This document shows, in pieces, positions 11,356-22,894 of a stretch of 64,000 nucleotides of DNA. A program made the translations under genes and the position numbers. The DNA comes from Squalus acanthias. Lineage: Eukaryota. Within the stretch, counting starts at the first letter, position 1; each line of letters begins with the position of its first letter. The stretch covers positions 310,001 through 374,000 of the forward strand of contig JASTWF010000360.1 of NCBI GenBank assembly GCA_030390025.1. The letters are read 5' to 3'. Below the pieces are notes generated by a model. It saw only the letters and a program-made list of their open reading frames with translations, was not told the DNA's origin and made no database searches.

Positions 11356-13113
11356 TTAGTCGGTGTCCATTGGAACTTGCTCCTGGTCATCGGACGGCAT
11401 GTTCTGATCGCCCTGGGCCCGGTTACGACTGGTGAGGAGCGGCAAGTTAATTCATGGATGGTGTTTCTTCATGTGGGCAGCAATGCCTTCAACAGTCGGC
11501 CCGAATTCGATCACACTGTTCTTCCTGGAGCCGTTGTCATACTCGTATCCTCCAGCGTGCATCCCCACAAGCTCACCAGAGAAATTGAACACGGGGGAAC
11601 CAGAAGCACCATGGAAGAAGCAAGTATTGTAGGTCATCCTGGCTGAACTTCGCATTTCACTGAAAGTGTACTTAGTGCCAACTTGGAAGAAGTGTGGATG
11701 ATTTACAACTTCCACCTCTCGTTGTTTGAGAGTGATGATGACGCAAGTGTCGGTGGATTTGGGAACCCTACCAGGGTGACCTATAATGTGGACCACCCCA
11801 TTCTGGGGCGGGGTGGTTGCCCTGGGTGACACACCTGGTGGAAGACCTGGTCCTTGGCCATCAGGGACCTCCAGTCTCAGCAGCGCATAGTCAAGATCTT
11901 GGCAGTAGACTTCGAGCCACGGATCAACTTTGTACCAGCCACTGGTCGGAAGGTCATCTTTGTAGGTGAAGCTTATCGCAGTAGACTTCTGTATTATGGC
12001 TCTCCACTCACCCTCAGGCACCCCGTCCCCTACGATCTTCTTCACCACGTGGTAACATGTCAGAATGTAGCGGTCACCGAGGTGGAAGCAAGAGGCGAAG
12101 CCTTGCTTCCCATTGTTATTCCATCTGACAAATCCAACGGACTCGCTCAATTGCACCAGCATCTCGTGGGTCCGAATGGTAACGGCATCACTCGTGATCT
12201 TCCCAAAGTTTTCCTTGAACACGTTCCATTGCCTTCGATACTTCTTAATGCCTCTTTCCTTTCCCAAATATTCATCAACCTCCTCTTTCAGCTCGCGGAG
12301 CAGCTCGTTCCCTTCTCCTGCCACATTCCTCTCCTCTTGGCTCTCGCTGGGGTCGGCACCGCCTGCCTTACTCCCTGCTTGATACTTCTTGCTGCTCAGT
12401 TCAACTTCAAAGCGTCGGTTGTGAAGGTCATTCACGGTGAGGGTGAACTAAAGAGATGTCTGCCCTTCGAGCAGGTTCCACATATTGTCATTAATTTCGG
12501 ACAAGAACCTCCCGTCCTCGCACAGAGCCTCTCAGATAGTCTCGCCATTAAAAGCGAAAATGCACAGGTCACATCCATTGCCTCGCAGTGATCCGGACTT
12601 GATAATACGTCTCGTTCCTGTGCCAAGTTTGCCAGATGATTTTCCAGTGTTCTAGACGTGGAATATAACGCACTGCTTATCTGAAGAGTCGGCATTCCGA
12701 TAGCATAACTCACTGTTTTTTTGGTAGAATATCACTTCGAAATGGGCTTTCCGTGGCAGACATTTGCAAGGCATCCCTAGGTTGACAGCACCCGTGAACT
12801 CTCTCTTCCCAATTAAGTGGAATTCCTTCCCCTTGTTTTTCTCTACTTCCTTGAACGCCTCGGAAGACTTCAGAACAGAAAGCAAATTCTCGTCCGGTGC
12901 CCCTCTCGCCACGTGCTCCGTGCTGTCCCTTTGGAAACTGAACGTGAACTCTTTCACTCTGTCCTCTTCACTGTGATCTGCAACCTTGCCCATGGTCGCC
13001 TCTGGCATTTTACCCGTGTCGTTTGAGGCATTTCTGGCAGAGAGAGGTTCTCGCTTTTCGGTGTGGGACTTTTTACCCGGCACTGGAGTGGGAGGTTGAT
13101 TTGTATCTTTCTC
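11356..13113 (-). pseudogene. FAM111A: FAM111A/B-like trypsin-type serine protease, large coding exon with in-frame stops
   Basis: One frame from acceptor TTTCCTCTCCAG|GAG (13113). UBL-like GAVNLGMPCKCLP and LCIFAFNGETI*EALCEDGRF. Protease triad ILTCYH / LDYALL / FFHGASGSPVFN..GELVGMH. Stops at 12654, 12534, 12450 and 11454; the frame then runs to ...EQVPMDTD* (11356). A versus B paralog cannot be resolved. Confidence 0.85.
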
Positions 13114-13145
13114 CTGGAGAGGAAAGTCAAAATTCAGTGGAACTG

Positions 13146-14730
13146 AAATGGAACAGGAGGAGGCCATTCAGCCCCTCGAGCCTGTTACACAGGAACAGGA
13201 GGAGGCCATTCAGCCCCTCGAGCCTGTTACACAGGAACAGGAGGAGGCCATTCAGCCCCTCGAGCCTGTTACACAGAAACAGGAGGAGGCCATTCAGCCC
13301 CTCGAGCCTGTTACACAGAAACAGGAGGAGGCCATTCAGCCCCTCGAGCCTGTTACACAGGAACAGGAGGAGGCCATTCAGCCCCTCGAGCCTGTTACAC
13401 AGGAACAGGAGGAGGCCATTCAGCCCCTCGAGCCTGTTACACAGGAACAGGAGGAGGCCATTCAGCCCCTCGAGCCTGTTACACAGAAACAGGAGGAGGC
13501 CATTCAGCCCCTCGAGCCTGTTACACAGAAACAGGAGGAGGCCATTCAGCCCCTCGAGCCTGTTACACAGGAACAGGAGGAGGCCATTCAGCCCCTCGAG
13601 CCTGTTACACAGGAACAGGAGGAGGCCATTCAGCCCCTCGAGCCTGTTACACAGGAACAGGAGCAGGCCATTCAGCACCTCGAGCATGTTACACAGGAAC
13701 AGCAGGAGGCCATTCAGCCCCTCGAGCCTGTTACACAGGAACAAGAGGCCATTCAGCACCTCGAGCCTGTTACGCAGGAACAGGAGGAGGTCATTCAACC
13801 CCTCGAGCCTGTTACATAGGAACAGGAGGCCATTCAGCACCTCGAGCCTGTTACACAAGAACAGGAGGAGGCCATTCAGCCCCTCGAGCCTGTTCCACAG
13901 GAACAGGAGGAGGCCATTCAGCCCCTCGAGCCTGTTACACAGGAACAGGAGGAGCCATTCAACCCCTCGAGTCTGTTACACAGGAACAGGAGGAGGCCAT
14001 TCAGCCCCTCGAGCCTGTTACACAGGAACAGGAGGAGGCCATTCAGCCCCTCGAGCCTGTTACACAGGAACAGGAGCAGGCCATTCAGCCCCTCGAGCCT
14101 GTTACACAGGAACAGGAGCAGGCCATTCAGCCCCTCGAGCCTGTTACACAGGAACAGGAGGAGGTCATTCAGCTCCTCGAGCCTGTTACACAGGAACAGG
14201 AGGAGACCATTCAGCCCCCTCGAGCCTGTTACACAGGAACAGGAGGAGGCCATTCAGCCCCCTCGAGCCTGTTACACAGGAACAGGAGGAGGCCATTCAG
14301 CCCCCTCGAGCCTGTTACACAGGAACAGGAGGAGGCCATTCAGCCCCTCGAGCCTGTTACATGGGAACAGGAGGAGGCCATTCAGCCTCTCGAGCCTGTT
14401 ACACAGGAACAGGAGGAGGCCATTCAGCCCCCTCGAGCCTGTTACACAGGAACAGGAGGAGGCCATTCAGCCCCTCGAGCCTGTTACATGGGAACAGGAG
14501 GAGGCCATTCAGCCTCTCGAGCCTGTTACACAGGAACAGGAGGAGGCCATTCAGCCCCTCGAGCCTGTTACAGAGGAACAGGAGGAGGCCATTCAGCCCC
14601 TCGAGCCTGTTACACAGGAACAGGAGGAGGCCATTCAGCCCCCTCGAGCCTGTTACACAGGAACAGGAGGAGGCTCATTCAGCCCCTCGAGCCTGTTACA
14701 CAGGAACAGGAGGAGGCTGTTCAGCCCCTC
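13146..14730. repeat. 42-bp tandem array derived from a CR1 3' UTR
   Basis: About 37 copies of GGAACAGGAGGAGGCCATTCAGCCCCTCGAGCCTGTTACACA; compare the CR1 tail at 45498-45540. Confidence 0.95.
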
Positions 14731-14765
14731 ACACTTCGATTACTTTTTACTTCTTTACACTCACC

Positions 14766-15245
14766 GGTCCGCGCTGACTGGTCTCCCGCTGTGTAAAGTC
14801 CTGCCGCCGCTGATACCGTCTCCAATTAGGGCCGCGCTGCCCGGTCTCCCGCTGTGTAAAGTCCTGCCGCCGCTGATACCGTCTCCAATTCGGGCCGCGC
14901 TGCCCGGTCTCCCGCTGTGTAAATACCGCCGCTGATACCGTCTCCAATTAGGGCTGCGCTGCCTGATCTCCCGCTGTGTAAATACCGCTGCTGATACCGC
15001 CTCCAATTAGGGCCGCGCTGCCCGGTCTCCCGCTGTGTAAATACCGCCGCTGATACCGTCTCCAATTAGGGCCGCGCTGCCTGGTCTCCCGCTGTGTAAA
15101 TACCGCCGCTGATACCGCCTCCAATTAGGGCCGCGCTGCCTGATCTCCCGCTGTGTAAATACCGCCGCTGATACCGTCTCCAATTAGGGCCGCGCTGCCC
15201 GGTCTCCCGCTGTGTAAATACCGCCGCTGATACCGCCTCCAATTA
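14766..15245. repeat. 59-62-bp GC-rich tandem array
   Basis: About 8 copies of GGTCTCCCGCTGTGTAAATACCGCCGCTGATACCGTCTCCAATTAGGGCCGCGCTGCC. Confidence 0.92.
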
Positions 15246-15249
15246 GGTT

Positions 15250-15685
15250 TGAGTGGAGGCGGAGTAAATAAAGAGCGCAGCAGAGCAAGGCCCGAGGGCG
15301 GAGGCAGTGGGCCCGAGTGAGAGGGAGAGAGGAGGTGGAGTAAATAAAGAGCGCAGCAGAGCAAGGCCCGAGGGTGGAGGCAGTGGGCCCGAGTGAGAGG
15401 GAGAGAGGAGGCAGAGTAAATAAAGAGCGCAGCAGAGCAAGGCCCGAGGGCGGAGGCAGTGGACCCGAGTGAGAGGGAGAGAGGAGGTGGAGTAAATAAA
15501 GAGCGCAGCAGAGCAAGGCCCGAGGGCGGAGGCAGTGGACCCGAGTGAGAGGGAGAGAGGAGGTGGAGTAAATAAAGAGCGCAGCAGAGCAAGGCCCGAG
15601 GGCGGAGGCAGCGGACCCGAGTGAGAGGGAGAGAGGAGGTGGAGTAAATAAGGAGCGCAGCAGAGCAAGGCCCGAGGACGGAGGC
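15250..15685. repeat. 76-bp tandem array
   Basis: About 5.5 copies of GGAGTAAATAAAGAGCGCAGCAGAGCAAGGCCCGAGGG...GAGAGGAGGT. Confidence 0.92.
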
Positions 15686-16369
15686 TTGCTAACACAGGAA
15701 CATGTATCAGCGCATGATCCCAGATCCTACTTGGCAAACAGTAGCTGTATCCTTGCCAATAAAGCAGATTGCCTTTCTTTAGTCTCAAAGGCGCCGATTT
15801 TTCAGTCCGAGGCTTGGGTGCAGGACAGCTGCCTTCCAGGTACCAGTCCCGCCCCCAACGTCATCCGGCCCACGGACGTCATTTCCTTGATTGGTCTTGT
15901 TAAGCCCGCCCTGCGTCATCTGCCGGTTCTAAGTCTAAATGCATTAAAAATGAATTTCCCAACATTTTCTTACCTCAGAAACTCACCAGTGCACCATTGG
16001 ATCCTTCACACCACTTCTGCAGCTGTCATCAATGCAGAAACCTCACAGTAGACTTGCAACACGCCACACTTACCTGGCGTGGTGTCCGGATTTCGGGAAG
16101 CCCGAAGTGGAAGTGGCAAAATTGCAAAAAGACCCTGTTAACTGCCTGTTCACAACCTGTCAACAGGCAGGTAAGTGGCTATAATCCTTTTCCCGCCGCT
16201 AGGTGTCGGGTCCATGCGCCAATCGGGGACCCGACACTTGGGAAGATTGATTGGAGACGGGTTGACAGCGGGTTTCCTACCCGCTGTCAATCTTTGCGAT
16301 TTTGCCAGTGGTCCCGCCCCCTGAGCGCCGGCAAAATTCAAGGGACTACAAGCCTAGTCCATGCAGAGG

Positions 16370-16925
16370 CATTGCCAAGTCCCACCGGATGCAGGACTGC
16401 TGATCATGTTTTTCTTTTTAACTCTTCCCTGCCATAGTTAAATTCCTCATTGACCTCGGCCCTCTTTTAGTTTCACCCTGGGTGGTGTCCCTGCCATCTG
16501 GCCCTTGACCCTCCACCCTGGTTTGATCATCAACCAAAAGCCGGGGCGACACAACTTGGAGTAGACCAGGGAGTAGAGTGGAGATCAACAGTTAAACTAT
16601 CAAATCTGTGATTTACCCCTCCCTGCTCCAGCCTGAAATCTAACACTAAAACAAAAGGAACCTACCTCCTCAGCGGGGAAAAACAATGAACAACTAGCAC
16701 TTACGACACATTTAAGATTGTGTCGAACAAAAAATAAAGAAACGTGATACATTTTTGGTAACTTACAGACAAAAAGCGCTTGAGAAAGTCTCTGCAGCTG
16801 GACTGGGCAGGATTTCAGTAAAGGGCGAGACGGCGGGAAATTCAAACACTTCCTGTGTCGCAGTCTGGTCCACAGCAATTGGTCATTGACGAGGATATCG
16901 GCGCATGCGCCATGCACTCCGAGGC
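16370..16925 (-). promoter_or_regulatory. Putative promoter and non-coding first exon of the FAM111-like gene
   Basis: NRF1 palindrome GCGCATGCGC (16901-16910), ETS-like CACTTCCTG (~16847), E2F site TTTCCCGCC on minus (16840-16832) and donor GTAAGT (16766-16761). It lies upstream of the FAM111 exon on the same strand and is conserved with 2540-3130. Confidence 0.55.
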
Positions 16926-17234
16926 TGAAAACATTTCAGGCCAATGGGGACACAGAACGGAAACAAACCATCTGTCGGCATCTCGCCCCACCCTTTGACA
17001 AACACAGGAACATGTACCAGCGTATGATTCCCAGATCCCACTTGGCAGACAGTGGCTCAATACTTGCCAATGGTTTGTGGTTAAAAATAAAGCAGAGCAC
17101 CTTTTCTTTAGACTCATAGAACAACACAGCACAGTACCTGTGCCGGCTCGATCCAAGTAATCCTACTCCAGCCCCCGCCCCTGCTCTTTCCCCGTCGCCC
17201 TGCAAAGTTTCCCCTTCAAGTATTTATCCAATTA

Positions 17235-17672
17235 ACCTGGATAAATGCGAGGTTATCCACTTTGGTGTCAAAAACAGAAAGGCAGACTATTATCTGAATG
17301 GCAATAGATTGGGAGAAGGGGAAGTGCAACTAGACCTGGGAGTCCTTGTGCACCAGTCGCTGAAGGTAAGCATGCAGGTGCAGCAGGCGGTGAAGAAGGC
17401 AAATGGTATGTTGGCCTTCATAGCGAGAGGGTTTGAGTATAGGAACAGGGATGTCCTGCTGCAGTTGTACAGGGCCTTGGTGAGACCACACCTTGAGTAC
17501 TGTGTGCAGTTTTGGTCGCCTTATCTGAGGAAGGATGTTCTTGCCATGGAGGGAGTTCAGCGAAGATTCACAAGGCTGATACCTGGGATGGCAGGAATGA
17601 CATATGAGGAGAGATTGGGTCGATTGGGCTTATACTCGCTGGAGTATAGAAGAATGAGAGGGGATCTCATCG
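17235..17672 (+). mobile_element. CR1 LINE RT fragment
   Basis: DLGVLVHQSLK...[20 protein letters not shown]...RMRGDLIE. Confidence 0.9.
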
Positions 17673-17767
17673 AACCCAACCCCCCTCCCTGCCCATGAAT
17701 GACACCAGCACTGGCAGCATGCCACCCAGCAGGTGGCGACAGCGAGGGTAGCCCATGCTCCAGGATT

Positions 17768-18392
17768 CCATATTAATGACTTGGATGAAGGGACCGAGTG
17801 CACTGCAGCCAAATTTGCTGATGATGCAAAGATAGGTGGGAAAGCAAGTTGTGAGGAGGACACAAAGAATCTGCAAAGGGATATAGACAGGTTAAGTGAG
17901 TGGGCACAAAATTTGGCAGAGGGAGTATAATGTGGGAAAATGTGAGGTTATCCACTTTGGTAGGAAAAATAAAAAAGCAATTTATTATTTAAATGGAGGG
18001 AGACTACAGAATGCTGCGGCGCAGAGGGACCTGGGGGTCCTCGTACATGAAACACAAAAAGTTAGCATGCAGTTATAGCAAGTAATTAGCAAGGCAAATG
18101 GAAAGTTGGCCTTTATTGCAAGGGGAATGGAGTATAAAAGTAGAGAAGTCTTACTGCAACTGTACAGGGCGCTGGTGAGATCACACCTGGAGTACTGCAT
18201 ACAGTTTTGGTCTCCTTATTTAAGGAGGGATATACTGGCATTGGAGGCAGTTCAGAGAAGGTTCACGAGGTTGATTCTTGAGAAGAAGGATTTGTCTTAT
18301 GAAGAAAGGTTGAACAGGTTGGGCCTATACTCATTTAAGTTTAGAAGAATGAGAGGTGATCTTATTGAAACATATAAGATACTGAGGGGGCT
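17768..18392 (+). mobile_element. CR1 LINE, host of the outer provirus (resumes at 45297-45486, 46576-46662 and 47094-47190)
   Basis: KFADD...ETYKILRG|LDRVDAERMFPLVGESRT rejoins exactly across the GGCT TSD. Confidence 0.9.
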
Positions 18393-20030
18393 TGTAAGGG
18401 GTTTCAAATGGTACTGGTGCGAGGTTAGGCCTTCGTTGCCTATACTATTGCTTGCTCTGGTCTCCGGCCAGCCTTTTTGCAATAAGCACCTGTGAGTGGT
18501 TCGACCCACTCGCCCTTATGGTTCTGACACCTGGACTTAGATGCAAGGAGCAGTAATGCAGGGAAAAACTCAAATAGAGCCGGCTGAATAGCACGAAATG
18601 AAAATCTTTATTGCATGGCGTCTAAAATCATGAAATACATGTCATAGGCGCAAATCAAAGAGAGTACAAGTATACACACATTCATAAAGCTTGGTCTATG
18701 GAAATGGAGAACACACGGCACATCGTAAAAAGGGGAACACATTATACCTTAACCTTATTAAAAACCACCCTCCCTTAATAATACCTAAACTACGTCTGGA
18801 TTTGTAGGATCGGAAATCATGCTCACCACTCGTTTTACTTCAGAGATTTTAAAGTGAGGCACTCAGCTCGTTTCGCTGCAGCGCCTGACTGTCACGTGTT
18901 TGGAAGGGTTTCTGCACCCCACTTGTTTACTTTCGCTGCTGCGACAAGCAGGCCAGACTCCCTGTTGTCATGAAGCAACCGATGGACTCAAACCGTCTTA
19001 GAATTCAAAGAAGGATCTTCCTGTGTTGCGGTACATGTGGAAGTCGGTAGAACTCAAAGGAAAGTTCTTTTAGTTATATTTTCGGGCGCGGTTGGGGTTT
19101 ACTGACCGTGGCGGCACGTGGAATTTCTTCTCGTCTTCTTCTCTTCTCGTCTTCTCGGGCCTCCGGGTCCAGACACCGTTTACCGACACTCGGGATGGTG
19201 TGCCCTGTTACTTGCCCTTGTCGAGGCGGCTCGTTCCGATTGAGCTCCACCCAACACTCGAATAACCGACCAGTACGGCTAAGAGTCAAGAGTCAACAGA
19301 GTCCAGAGAATCAAACGACCAAAAGTCCAGCCCCAAGGAAAAGAGCTTCAGCCCGCGAATAAGAGGAATAAGAGAGATAAGAGAGCGATGGACATTTGTT
19401 CTCCATAGTTATACTGTTGTGTCCGCTTTATCTCCCGCTCAAATCTAAATGTTTATCCTTTGTGTGATTTTGGCGCTTAAAACTCCCAGCATGGGGCGAT
19501 TATCTTCTTAACGGGTTTCGGTAGCACCTGAAACTGGCCAACTATCCGTTAATGTTTTCCCCATTGTAGAGCCAGCCAGGATGTGTATGAATCGTCTCCT
19601 CGACTGGTTTTGGGGCCCCCCGAATACTTGCTTAATCACCCGTCAATGTCTCTCTCATTGTTGAGCCAGGGGGGGTATTTGTGTATTGATGTGTCTGGAT
19701 GGGCCTTCGATTGCCCAGTTCAGTGATCCATACTGTGCATAGGAAAACGATTCCAGCACTTATATCATTGCTATTGTTCACAATGCAAACGGGTTGCATC
19801 CTGTCTTTATCAATGTTTACCGAGTATGATCCACTCTCATACTGAATGTATATTCGACGCCATCTTGTCTGCCCACTTTGTTTCTGGAAGCTTCTGCCAC
19901 GATGCGCGGCGGCCATTTTACAGGCTTCTGTGTCCTTTATTATCAGGACAGCATTTCGTTTAATAAAACTGATCAATTGAATCTGCTTCTCTCATGTTAT
20001 TTTGAATTGTGATAATTGCGAAACTCTACA
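18393..20030 (-). repeat. Outer provirus 3' LTR (1638 bp)
   Basis: Direct repeat of 43656-45292 with about 20 differences by eye. Confidence 0.95.
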
Positions 20031-20420
20031 GTCCCTCCTGTTGATGCGAATAACTCTGCTTATCGTATCAATTAAATGCTGGTGAGCAAATTATCCCGAT
20101 TCTCCACATCCAAACACTCCCGGTAATTAAACTATCCATGGCCTCCATGCAGTCCTCATTTCCCAGAGAAAACACATTGTCTATCTTGGACAAATCGTAG
20201 GCAGCATTGCCTTTAAACTTACACTGCGTATACGCCTTCCAGGTGCAAAAGGCCGATGCCTCTCACACCACCTGTATATGCATGTTTTATTACAAAAGGA
20301 AAAATAATTAAACCAACTGTTTTAAAAATACAAAAGTTCCAAACTTAGTCACACATACTCATAACTAACAACAATTACAAAAACACACACGGTAAAATGG
20401 AGGGGCGTCATCCTGGCCGT

Positions 20421-21225
20421 TTACGCGGTACTTTCCTCGTTCACGCGCACGTAACGTTCTCTCCACTCCCCTGTGTTCTCCTGCCTTGTAAGGCGTTTGC
20501 CCCTTTTGCAGTGCACGAACAACAGGTACACTACAATTACAACTTGCCATACTACCAAAATGTGGGAGGCTATCCTGATCCATGACGGGACTTCAATATT
20601 AGTGAACAGATCCCACCACGGTGGGGTTACTATAACCAATATCTCTGCCCCTATCTCTACAGTTTTCTGTTCCAGGGTGTAAAAATGTTTCTGTGATACC
20701 ATGATGGCTTTTAAAATCTTGGTGAGGTGTTCAGGGAGAGGGGGAATGATGTATCCGAAATGCGCGATGAATCGCTGCAAGTCTGTGAAATTCTCTTTTA
20801 CAGTGAGGTGAACAGTGGATGGTTCAGGGATCGGGACAATTCGCTGTTGTGCCACTTGAACTTCAGCCCTGGGTTTAAAACAGAAACTGCTGTCACTCAC
20901 CGGACACCGGCTGTGCTGTCCATGCTGGTAGTGTTGCGCTACAGTGGTAACGCAATACGTTCCACCCTCTATGTATGCCACCTGTGGGGGCACATGATCT
21001 TGTGTCATTGCTTCCATGGTGCAATTCATGGGCTTCGCGCCAGCCGTTCTGAACCCGCATTGTGGTGTTAAAAAGGCATTCAAGTGCTGGGGACACAGTA
21101 TGATGTGTGCTCCCCGGCCACGACAACCCGATAGGTCGGTACCTGTCATCGTTTGCTCCCAGCGGATGACGTAAGGTGGAACCGCTGCGTAGCGAATGTG
21201 GGCTCCCCCCTGAATGACACCAATG
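20421..21225 (-). pseudogene. env: Outer provirus env, C-terminal part (Cys-rich region, HR2, TM, tail)
   Basis: IGVIQGGAHIRY...PPWWDLFTNIEVPSWIRIASHILVVWQVVIVVYLLFVHC. It joins 33922 as RVENI|GVIQ once the insert is removed. Confidence 0.9.
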
Positions 21226-22890
21226 TGTAGAATTCGCAATATAATCGCGATTTTATAAATAAGGAGGAGACACATAGTTTCGTACAAACAGCTTTATTTC
21301 AGCAGAATGCTGTCAGGCTTTCAAAGTGGACACAAGCAGCCTGTAAAATGGCCGCCACGCCTCATGGCAGAACATTCTAGACTTTTCGATAAGCAGACAA
21401 GATGGCGTTCCAATAAACATTTGTGCGAGATCGGACAAGACTCAGCACATTTGAGATAATTCACAAGACATAATGGGTTTGCATTTTACACATAAATACT
21501 GGAATCGGTCTCCCAGGTGCGAATAAGGGCTATTGTACCAAGCGATCAAGAACCCATCCAAAGACATTAATATGCAAAATCCCCACGACTCTACGATGAG
21601 AGAGCCGTTTGCGGGTAGTTACAGAGACATTTGGAAGCCCCAAAACCCCTCCAGGGAGAATACTGACCGGTTACACAATGGGAAAAGTATTAACAGGTAC
21701 TCAGGCAGTTACAAGTATCACCGAAACCCATTAAACGGAGATCACCCTATACAAGAAGTTTGAGCGCCAAAACTCTGACAAAAGAAAAGACATTAAGATT
21801 GGGCGGGAAAAGAGGACCTTCAGCACTATAACTGTGAGGTACAACCGTCCATCTTTCTCTTATTCTCCTGCCTCTTGCCGCTTGCATCATGCCTCTGCCT
21901 CTTGCAGCTTTTAAAGACTATCGAACTTTCTGATCCGCCGAGATCAGCCTCGTGGCTTGCCGCGAAGATCTGTGTGGAACCGGGCTGTGAAGCCTTGGAA
22001 TGGGCACACCATCCCGAGAAGTCGGTAAACGGTGTTGGAACCGAAGGCCCGAGATGAGATGAGATGAGGTGAGATGAGATGAGAAGAGAAGAAGACGACC
22101 ATACGTATCGCCACGGTCAGTAAGCCCCGACCGCGCCTGTAGGTCGAATAGACACTTTCCTTGCCCAGGAAGACTATCTTTTGAGTTTTACAGAACTGGC
22201 ATCGGAAGACCATTCTTCGAGTTTTATCGCATCGGGGCGAGGGCACAGGAAGACTATTCTTTGAGTCGTATCGGAATTCCGAGGACAACACAGATCTTCA
22301 TGACAGCAGATGGTCCAGCCTGCTAGCCGGAGCAGAAACGAGTAAACAAGTGGGGTACAGAGACCCCTGATCAACACGTGGGTGATCAGGTGCTGCGGTA
22401 AAAACATCCGAGCAGAGTTTTCGGAATTCTCCGAGTTATCACGAGTGGTGAGCATGAGTCTCGATCCTACAAATCTAGTTTAGAACAGGTATTGATAGGG
22501 GAGGGTTTAAGTTTTAAGGATAACTGTAATGTGTGCCCCCATTTACGATGTGTCGTTCATTCCTCGTTTCCCTAAAACTAGTTACATAACTGCGTGTAAG
22601 ATTGTACTGTCATTAATCTGTGCTTATGACATGTATTTCGTAATCTTGAATAATATGCAATAAAGATTTTCCATTTCGTACCATTCAACCGGGTCTACCT
22701 GAGTTTTCTCTCCATTATTGCTCTCGCATCTAAGTCCAGTGTCAGAACCGTAAGGGCGAGTGGGTCGAACCACTCACAGGTGTCTAGTGCTCCCAGACTG
22801 GCTGGAGACCAGAACAGGCAACAAGGCCTAACCTCGCACTAGCACCCAGGCTGAGCACAGAGCCACAGGCGTGTCACAAAAACCCTTACA
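21226..22890 (+). repeat. Inner provirus 5' LTR
   Basis: TGTAGAATTC...CCCTTACA. YY1-like AAAATGGCCGCC (~21345), TATAAC (21827) and AATAAA (22659). Confidence 0.97.
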
Positions 22891-22894
22891 GAAA

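Noticed and set aside
11854..12591. 245-aa plus-strand ORF
   Set aside because: It is an antisense shadow of the FAM111-like exon with no recognisable motifs.
13023..14796. Long repetitive ORFs (584 aa RNRRRPFSPSSLLH; EPVTQEQEEAIQPL) as a repeat protein or CRISPR-like array
   Set aside because: A 42-bp unit divisible by three stays open in several frames. There are no unique spacers and the unit derives from a CR1 3' UTR.
21533..22455. LTR-encoded accessory proteins (60-115-aa ORFs)
   Set aside because: They repeat only because the LTRs repeat, mostly lack ATG starts, and are not conserved between the inner and outer LTR families.
22871..22894. Gag start at 22871 as in the ORF track
   Set aside because: This is a GTG inside the LTR. 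The ATG shared with the outer element is 22895.
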